Shown in pieces: positions 27,138 to 32,629 of a stretch of 32,629 nucleotides of DNA. Both the position numbers and the translations under genes were made by a program. The DNA comes from Patescibacteria group bacterium (GTDB taxonomy: Bacteria > Patescibacteriota > Patescibacteriia > JAACEG01): contig JAYEJQ010000071.1 in assembly GCA_034660735.1 (NCBI GenBank), forward strand, positions 1-32,629, given 5' to 3'. Every line of letters starts with the position of its first letter. The first letter of the stretch is position 1. The notes beneath the pieces are model-generated. The model searched no databases. It was not told the DNA's origin and saw only the letters and a list, made by a program, of their open reading frames with translations.

Positions 27138-29057
27138 TTATTTTTTCGTACTTATGAAAGTTACTACTTCCTCGCCCTCTTTTAATCCGCTGATGATTTC
27201 AATCGCGTTGCCGTCTCCGCGCAACCCTGAACTCACAGTTCTTTTTTCTACTTGATTGTTTTTTAAAACTTTTACATATCTTCCCTCTGTTCCTTGAAAA
27301 TCAAAATCCATTTCTGTGATAGCTCTTGCCGGGATAATCAATACCCCTTCTTTTTTTTCTGTCAAAATATCAACATTGGCTGTCATCCCAGATTTTACTT
27401 CTCTTGATACAGGATTGAATTTAACTATAGTTTTATAATAGATGACATCTTGAATTACGGTTTCCGCTGGTTCAATAAAATTTATCTCTCCGCTAAAACT
27501 TTCATATTCGCCGAACGCGTCTAAGGTAATTTTAACAGGATCTTCCTTGTCTATTTTTGTAATATCTGTTTCTGAAATAAGGACTTCTATTTCAAAATCA
27601 TTTTTTCCAAGCAAAGAGACAACTGGCTTACTGCCTGGCTGTTCCCCGATTTCATATTCAATCTTGATTATTTTTCCGCTAATTGGCGCTTTGATTATGC
27701 TATTATTTATCTGGCTGCTGATTGAGTCTATAGCCGCTTGCGCTTGATCAACTTTAGCGCGAGATAAAGCAATATCTTCACTTCTTGCTGAAGCCTTTAT
27801 TTTTTTCAACTGGCTTTCCGCGATTTCTAAATTTTTTAAAGCCGCGCTGATTTTTGATTGAGCGGCGGTAATCTGTTGTTCTCCTAAAATTTTCGCGGAC
27901 GATAAACTATTTTCAGCAGTTAAAATAGCGTTGCTAAAACTCACAATCGCTTTTGTTAAAGCCTCTTCAGCATTAGAAACATTTATTTGATAATCCAAAA
28001 TTGCGTCGGATAAATTTTGGTGGCTTGTTTGGATACTTGAAATCGCGGCGGCTGCTAATATAATTTGCGAATTGATACTTGTTTTATAGGTGTCCAAGTC
28101 GGTTTGAGTAAAAGAAGAGTAAGCGACTGTATTTTCCAACGCGCTAAAGCAACTGTTAAGCGCGATAAAAATTTTGTCTAAAATAATTAGGGTGTTATTT
28201 AATAATTCGCTCGCGTTTTCGCCGTTTTTATCGCTTTTTGCATAAGACAGATTATCAGAAACTGAAGTTAAAGAATTTTTTGCATTGTTGTAATTGTCTG
28301 TAGTTTCGGTTTTGTACTCTGTTTTTTTAGCGCTAAAAACAGATTTAATGTCTTCATCAGTAAGGATTTGATTAATTTTGTCAAGCGCCGTGTTGGCTGC
28401 TGATAATTTATCGTCAACTGCTATGAGCGCGTTTTCAATATAATTATCAACCTTTCTTTGATAAGTGTTTTTGGTATTGTCTAAATTGACTTGAGCAGTT
28501 GTTATTGCTTGCTCATAAGTTGTTATGTCGCTATCAGTTTTAAATTTTAGATCATCAAAAGATTTTTGCGCTTGTCGGATATTTTCATCAGCAACCGCTT
28601 CTATTTTTTTTAAATCTAACAAAGAAGTTTCATAAGCGGTTTTTGCCTGATTAACATTTGCCTGACTAACTGCAATCTCGGTTTTTGGAGCGCCCGCGAT
28701 TAGTTTATTTAAATTCGCCCGCGCAACATTTAAGTTTGCTGTTGCTTCGCGTTTTTTAATATTCAAATCGCTGTAATCTAATTCTGCTAGTATTTTATCT
28801 TTTTCAATATCGTCTCCGATTTTAACAAGAATTTTCGCTATCCGCCCGCTATTTAAAAAATTAAGATCTATCTCTTTAGCGGCTTTAACCGCGCCAGTTT
28901 CATTTACTGTCTGGACAATAGTTCCACGCTTCACTTTTTCAGTAACATACTCTTCGTCATTTTTTTCTCCAACCAAAAAATAAGCGGCTGCTCCTCCGCC
29001 GATTAAAAATACAAGCAGAATAATTATTATTCTTTTAACGTTTTTTTTAAAAGCCAT
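27138..29057 (-). CDS. HlyD/MacA-type membrane fusion (periplasmic adaptor-like) protein with a very long coiled-coil region
   Basis: An N-terminal TM helix is followed by the lipoyl-like half GRIAKILVKIGDDIEKDKILAELD. A predicted helical repeat region of roughly 350 aa comes next. The second lipoyl half is IKAPISGKIIKI, and a beta-barrel C-terminus follows. Confidence 0.75.
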   Translation of the reverse strand: MAFKKNVKRIIIILLVFLIGGGAAAYFLVGEKNDEEYVTEKVKRGTIVQTVNETGAVKAAKEIDLNFLNSGRIAKILVKIGDDIEKDKILAELDYSDLNIKKREATANLNVARANLNKLIAGAPKTEIAVSQANVNQAKTAYETSLLDLKKIEAVADENIRQAQKSFDDLKFKTDSDITTYEQAITTAQVNLDNTKNTYQRKVDNYIENALIAVDDKLSAANTALDKINQILTDEDIKSVFSAKKTEYKTETTDNYNNAKNSLTSVSDNLSYAKSDKNGENASELLNNTLIILDKIFIALNSCFSALENTVAYSSFTQTDLDTYKTSINSQIILAAAAISSIQTSHQNLSDAILDYQINVSNAEEALTKAIVSFSNAILTAENSLSSAKILGEQQITAAQSKISAALKNLEIAESQLKKIKASARSEDIALSRAKVDQAQAAIDSISSQINNSIIKAPISGKIIKIEYEIGEQPGSKPVVSLLGKNDFEIEVLISETDITKIDKEDPVKITLDAFGEYESFSGEINFIEPAETVIQDVIYYKTIVKFNPVSREVKSGMTANVDILTEKKEGVLIIPARAITEMDFDFQGTEGRYVKVLKNNQVEKRTVSSGLRGDGNAIEIISGLKEGEEVVTFISTKK

Positions 29058-29130
29058 ATTTAAATTATTTTTTAAATTTTAAAATATTACTTTAAATTAC
29101 GAAACTATTCTAAACTAATCTGTTATTCCG

Positions 29131-29154
29131 CCCCGCTGCTCGCGAGCGGCGGGG
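29131..29154 (-). repeat. GC-rich hairpin repeat (copy 2) embedded in a TGTCATTCTG...GGAAT element
   Basis: The plus strand reads CCCCGCTGCTCGCGAGCGGCGGGG followed by CAGAATGACA. The reverse complement is TGTCATTCTGCCCCGCCGCTCGCGAGCAGCGGGG. Confidence 0.75.
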
Positions 29155-29211
29155 CAGAATGACAATAATTTTTTTGTTGAATAATATTTTATGTTTTGTA
29201 ATTCAAAAATG

Positions 29212-29385
29212 TTAAAATTTTTTTCTCATTGTTCTTAAACATTTGGCGCAAAGTTTTGTTTTTTTGCCGCCAATTATTTTTGTCTGCAAATTAGGATACT
29301 GTTTCCTTTTTGTAGCTTGCATTGAATGACTGCGGCTGTTTACAGTTAAAGGTTTTTTGCCGCAAATTTCGCATATTTTAGACAT
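29212..29385 (-). CDS. rpmB: 50S ribosomal protein L28
   Basis: The ORF is absent from the track because it is under 60 aa. The minus-strand translation is MSKICEICGKKPLTVNSRSHSMQATKRKQYPNLQTKIIGGKKTKLCAKCLRTMRKKF* (57 aa), which shows the classic L28 pattern. Confidence 0.85.
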   Translation of the reverse strand: MSKICEICGKKPLTVNSRSHSMQATKRKQYPNLQTKIIGGKKTKLCAKCLRTMRKKF

Positions 29386-29560
29386 AGTAAAAAAAAATGT
29401 GTTATATTAAATAAAATGAATTTGTATTTTTATCTTATCATTTTTTTTATTTTTGGCAAGGGTGTTCATAAAATAAATTAGTACTTCTGTTTTTTTTGTG
29501 CTATTATTTATTTGTAAAGAATATTTTAATTACCTTAACTTTCAGAAAGGAGGTGTAAAA

Positions 29561-30118
29561 ATGTTTAGAAAATTAAATCAAAAAGGTTTTACTCTGATTG
29601 AGTTGTTAGTAGTAATCGCTATTATCGGCATCTTGTCAACTATGGCTGTTGTCGCTTTAACAAGCGCCAACACCAAAGCTCGCGACGCCAAGCGCCAGTC
29701 CGATTTGAAAGTTATGCAAACCGCGATTGAAATGTATGCTACTGATCATGGAAATCCGCCACCACTCTCAACTTGGACCGCATTAGGAACGGCTTTAGCA
29801 AATTATTTGCCTGGCGGACTGCCTGAAGATCCGAGCGGAACACCGCGTGATTGGTGTTATTGTGTTGCTGGTGGCGCATCTCCTACTGGTAAATATTTAA
29901 TCGCAACAAGTTTAGAGCGAAGTCAGGCCGTAGCAAGTGATATAGATTCTAACTCAGCTGCTATTCTTGCCACTTATGGAGCTCTTTATGCAAACTGCGT
30001 ATGTTCTGATGTTGTGGGCGCAGCTAATCCTCCAGCTGCTTTAGATTGTCAAGATTCTGGATCTGGAACAGTTGATAACAATGCTTCTACTACTGCTGTT
30101 TGTTTGGGTTCTGTTTAA
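29561..30118 (+). CDS. type IV pilin / GspG-like major (pseudo)pilin with prepilin leader
   Basis: AAGGAGG (29547-29553) lies 7 nt upstream of ATG 29561. MFRKLNQKG|FTLIELLVVIAIIGILSTMAVVAL is a class III signal. ARDAKRQSDLKVMQTAIEMY is typical of PulG-like pilins. The longer 29498 start in the ORF track is rejected. Confidence 0.9.
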   Translation: MFRKLNQKGFTLIELLVVIAIIGILSTMAVVALTSANTKARDAKRQSDLKVMQTAIEMYATDHGNPPPLSTWTALGTALANYLPGGLPEDPSGTPRDWCYCVAGGASPTGKYLIATSLERSQAVASDIDSNSAAILATYGALYANCVCSDVVGAANPPAALDCQDSGSGTVDNNASTTAVCLGSV

Positions 30119-30154
30119 TAATTATTAATTAAACACTGTACAATTGTACGAAAT

Positions 30155-30183
30155 AAAAACACCCCAAATTTTGGGGTGTTTTT
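30155..30183 (+). terminator. rho-independent terminator after the pilin gene
   Basis: AAAAACACCCCAAA / TTTGGGGTGTTTTT is a perfect palindrome. The core stem is CACCCC/GGGGTG, followed by a T run. Confidence 0.8.
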
Positions 30184-30210
30184 ATATTTTGTAATTTTGT
30201 GATAGAATAA

Positions 30211-30295
30211 AAAAACATAATAACATTTAAACATAGAAACATAGAAACATTTAAACATTTAAACATAGAAACATTTAAGCATTTAAGCATTTAAC
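30211..30295 (-). repeat. octamer array A1, about 10 units of NNAAACAT, the reverse complement of ATGTTTNN
   Basis: Units in order: AAAAACAT AATAACAT TTAAACAT AGAAACAT AGAAACAT TTAAACAT TTAAACAT AGAAACAT TTAAGCAT TTAAGCAT. A short extra copy lies at 30581-30594. Confidence 0.9.
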
Positions 30296-30310
30296 TGTTA
30301 GATTGCCCAA

Positions 30311-30570
30311 CGTTGTTTACACTTTTTAATTATTTTAATTGTATTTTTTTTAAAAAAGAATGTCATTCTGACCCCGCCGCTCGCGAGCAACAGAGGAAGA
30401 ATCTGCTTTGCTTATAATTAAAATATTATTTAAATAATTGAACAATAAGCATAAGCGATTTTAAAATAATTTAACGATAGTTAAGCCAGATTCTTCACTT
30501 CCGATGGTCGTTCAGAATGACAAATTTTAAAGATAAATAATTTTAAAAAAATTAAAAAGTGTAAACAACG
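30311..30570. repeat. 260-bp nested palindromic element
   Basis: The perfect 20-bp outer inverted repeat is CGTTGTTTACACTTTTTAAT (30311-30330) with its reverse complement at 30551-30570. Inner inverted repeats are TGTCATTCTGA (30361-30371) / TCAGAATGACA (30512-30522) and GAAGAATCTG (30396-30405) / CAGATTCTTC (30487-30496). The element contains copy 3 of the GC hairpin (30372-30396). Confidence 0.8.
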
Positions 30571-30603
30571 CTAGTATGTCTTACATTTAAACATAAAAAT
30601 TGT

Positions 30604-30927
30604 ATGAATGATTTTCAAGAACAATTAAAGAAAAAAATGGATGGATATGCGCATTTGGTTTATAAAATTACTAAAAAATTTCCAAAACATGAAATATATG
30701 GAATCACATCTCAACTAAGAAGATCTGCGTTATCGGTTATTTTAAATTATATTGAAGGTTTTGCCAGACAAAGAAAAAATATACAAATATATTTTTGGGA
30801 AATTTCTTATGGGTCACTAAAAGAATCAAAATATCTTTTACATTTTGCATTGACAGAAAAATATTTTGATAAAAAAAATTATAGAAATGCTATAAAATTA
30901 TCCGAAGAAATAGGCGCTATGATTTGA
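30604..30927 (+). CDS. four-helix-bundle protein (23S rRNA intervening-sequence protein / Avd-like family)
   Basis: LVYKITKKFPKHEIYGITSQLRRSALSVILNYIEGFARQRKN...YGSLKESKYLLHFA matches the family signature (FP..E.YGLTSQLRRAA.SI..NIAEG......F......GSL.E). Confidence 0.85.
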   Translation: MNDFQEQLKKKMDGYAHLVYKITKKFPKHEIYGITSQLRRSALSVILNYIEGFARQRKNIQIYFWEISYGSLKESKYLLHFALTEKYFDKKNYRNAIKLSEEIGAMI

Positions 30928-30958
30928 AGTTTATTAAAATCATTAAAAAATCAAAAAA

Positions 30959-31070
30959 ATGTTTAAATGTTTCTATGTTTAAATGTTTCCATGTTTCCAT
31001 GTTTAAATGTTTAAATGTTTAAATGTTTAAATGTTTCTATGTTTCTATGTTTAAATGTTTCTATGTTTTC
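30959..31070 (+). repeat. octamer array A2, 14 tandem ATGTTTNN units that run into the prepilin peptidase start
   Basis: Units start every 8 nt from 30959: AA CT AA CC CC AA AA AA AA CT CT AA CT TC, given as the last two bases of each unit. Every unit carries an ATG. Confidence 0.92.
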
Positions 31071-31826
31071 ATCCTCGGAGCAATAATCGGCAGTTTTTTA
31101 AATGTTGTCATTTTTCGTCTGCGCGCGAAAAAATCATTTTTAAAAGGTCGCTCATATTGCCCTAAGTGTAAAAAGAAAATAGCATGGTATGACAATATTC
31201 CGATTTTGAGTTTTTTAATTCTGCGCGGAAAATGCCGAAACTGCAAAACGAAAATTTCATTTCAATATCCATTAGTAGAATTATCAACAGGTGTTCTATT
31301 TGTTATAACATTTTTTCATAATTACCAATTACCAATTACCAATTACCAATTACCAATTACTGTTTTTCGCGACTGGTTTTTTGTTTCTGTTTTAATAATA
31401 ATTTTTGTTTATGATTTTAAATATTATTTGATTTTAGATAAAATTACTATTCCAGCGATAATCATAGCTTTCGCTTTAAATTTTTCACTCGGATTTTCTT
31501 TGTCAAATATTTTAATTGGTGCTATAATAGGAGGGAATTTTTTTTTAATTCAATTTTTAATTTCCAAAGGCAGGTGGATAGGGGGAGGGGATATTCGCTT
31601 AGGAATCTTGATGGGTGTTATGCTCGGATGGAAAATGGTTATTTTAGCTATTATGATTGCTTATATTGTCGGAGCGATTTTTAGTATCATTTTATTGGCA
31701 TTTAAAAAAAAAGGATTAAAAAGCCAAATTCCATTAGGAACATTTTTATCAATAGCGACGATGATTGTTATGCTCTATGGAAATGAAATTTTAGAATGGT
31801 ATTTAAAAACTTTAATTGTATATTGA
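31023..31826 (+). CDS. prepilin peptidase (A24 family, PilD-like) with an N-terminal CxxC...CxxC domain
   Basis: GAIIGSFLNVVIFRL, CPKCKKKIAWYDNIPILSFLILRGKCRNCKTKISFQYPLVEL, and later GGGDIRLGILMG containing the second catalytic Asp. The start is ambiguous between 31023 and the in-frame 31047, both inside the repeat array. Confidence 0.88.
   Translation: MFKCFYVSMFKCFYVFILGAIIGSFLNVVIFRLRAKKSFLKGRSYCPKCKKKIAWYDNIPILSFLILRGKCRNCKTKISFQYPLVELSTGVLFVITFFHNYQLPITNYQLPITVFRDWFFVSVLIIIFVYDFKYYLILDKITIPAIIIAFALNFSLGFSLSNILIGAIIGGNFFLIQFLISKGRWIGGGDIRLGILMGVMLGWKMVILAIMIAYIVGAIFSIILLAFKKKGLKSQIPLGTFLSIATMIVMLYGNEILEWYLKTLIVY
31321..31360 (+). repeat. tandem heptamer ATTACCA, about 5.7 copies, inside the prepilin peptidase CDS
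   Basis: ATTACCA occurs five times followed by ATTAC, and is translated as NYQLPITNYQLPIT. Confidence 0.92.
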
Positions 31827-31829
31827 TTT

Positions 31830-31861
31830 GTGTTTTTATGTTTAAGTGTTTAAATGTTTCA
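31830..31861 (+). repeat. octamer array A3, 4 units, containing the start codon of the next pilin gene
   Basis: GTGTTTTT ATGTTTAA GTGTTTAA ATGTTTCA. The last unit supplies ATG 31854. Confidence 0.8.
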
Positions 31862-32393
31862 TATGCTGTTTAAAAACAATAAGGGTTTTAGCGTGGTTGA
31901 ATTGCTTACGGCTATTTCAATTCTTGCCATAATCACATCATTTTCCGTAATTAACTTTAATACATGGAAAAAAAATGAGAACTTAAGGCAAAGCGGACGA
32001 GAATTAGCTAATAATATCCGCAACGCCCAGACAAAAAGCTTGTCAGGAGAAATGTTTAATGGAATTTCGCCGTCCGGATATGGAATTTATTTTTCAAATG
32101 CCAGTTCTTCTTCTTATGTATTATTTGCTGATTTAGACAACGATTTCATCTATGATTCCGCTGACGGTGAATTTGTTGATACTTATAATTTAACTGATAA
32201 TGTTTTAATCTCTAATTTAACCCCGATTTTCGACAACGAACTTACGATCGTTTTTAAATCGCCTAACGCGAAAATTTATATCAATCAAAATATATTAGCC
32301 GACGGCGCGCAAATTGAATTAACTCATAATATTACTGCTAATAATAAAATCATAGAAGTTAGGAGAATTACAGGCAGAATAGATATTCAGTAA
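31854..32393 (+). CDS. minor (pseudo)pilin with prepilin-type N-terminal cleavage/methylation domain (GspH/FimT-like)
   Basis: MFHMLFKNNKG|FSVVELLTAISILAIITS, followed by a REL.N.IRNAQ segment typical of GspH/FimT-type minor pilins. Confidence 0.8.
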   Translation: MFHMLFKNNKGFSVVELLTAISILAIITSFSVINFNTWKKNENLRQSGRELANNIRNAQTKSLSGEMFNGISPSGYGIYFSNASSSSYVLFADLDNDFIYDSADGEFVDTYNLTDNVLISNLTPIFDNELTIVFKSPNAKIYINQNILADGAQIELTHNITANNKIIEVRRITGRIDIQ

Positions 32394-32580
32394 AAAAATC
32401 AAAAATCAAATCTCAAAATGCAAAATGATAATATAAAATTAAAAAAGAAAAAATGAAAATGATATTTTTAAATAATTGTAAGTTTATCTTTTAATTTGCC
32501 GTGTCGCAGTCTTTGTCGGAAACTGCGACGGGGCGAAAAAATTAAAATTTATTTTAAAATTTAAAATTAATTCAATACAT

Positions 32581-32629
32581 ATGCTTAACATAAAATCCTG
32601 CCAAAAAGGGCAGGGGCTTATTGAAGTTA
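32581..32629 (+). CDS. 5' end of another prepilin-type gene, truncated by the window edge
   Basis: The translation MLNIKSCQKGQGLIEV... shows the K-G-x-G-L-I-E pattern of a class III signal. Only 16 codons are visible. Confidence 0.4.
   Translation, partial: MLNIKSCQKGQGLIEV

Noticed and set aside
29498-29560. Extended pilin start at 29498 (MLLFICKEYFNYLNFQKGGVK…).
   Set aside because: The extension includes the AAGGAGG Shine-Dalgarno site itself. The ATG at 29561 gives a canonical short prepilin leader ending in G|F.
29561-31070. A diversity-generating retroelement: an Avd-like four-helix-bundle gene sits next to a surface protein with a Cys-rich C-terminus.
   Set aside because: No reverse transcriptase is in the window. 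I could find no template repeat matching the 3' end of the pilin gene downstream of the four-helix-bundle gene.
30211-31070. A CRISPR array interpretation of the tandem repeats.
   Set aside because: The units are 8 nt and directly abutting, with no spacers, and no cas genes are present.

Overview
This is an AT-rich, gene-dense bacterial window that uses the standard code, since TGA ends several conserved genes at their expected C-termini. Few genes have a Shine-Dalgarno site. rpoB and rpoC lack the usual rplJL neighbours, there is a type IV pilin cluster, and GC-rich hairpin repeats sit in AT-rich spacers. Together these suggest a small-genome Patescibacteria/CPR-like organism, which is an inference.

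Layout:
- (1) 108-5015 is a small accessory islet bounded by tRNA genes, tRNA-Ser on the left and tRNA-Arg/tRNA-Lys on the right. It starts with a large nested palindrome. Next comes a C-protein, a putative restriction endonuclease, and a convergent DNA methyltransferase fused to a full-length LexA (HTH plus S24 autopeptidase). A tightly packed operon follows: a mini HNH-like protein, a small 3-TM membrane protein and a ThsB-like TIR protein.
- (2) Housekeeping block: groES-groEL with a consensus promoter and CIRCE operator. rpoB and rpoC are split by a remnant of a DUF4143 ATPase gene.
- (3) Two MITE-like nested palindromes, a TrpE/PabB-like enzyme, cysteine synthase and an FtsW/RodA homologue. 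On the minus strand: glyA-folD-murD-murI-MFS, a PP-loop protein, a long HlyD-like adaptor and rpmB. rpmB is below the ORF-track length cutoff.
- (4) Pilus locus: major pilin, a four-helix-bundle (23S-IVS/Avd-like) gene, prepilin peptidase and two more prepilins. The locus is interleaved with inverted arrays of ATG-containing octamer repeats. A frame-shifting heptamer repeat lies inside the peptidase gene.

The most interesting candidates are the LexA-methyltransferase fusion R-M module, its mirror-symmetric promoter shared with the HNH/TM/TIR operon, that operon itself (a Thoeris-like system with no recognisable ThsA), and the repeat-rich pilus locus. All homology calls come from reading the translations by eye. 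No database search was possible.
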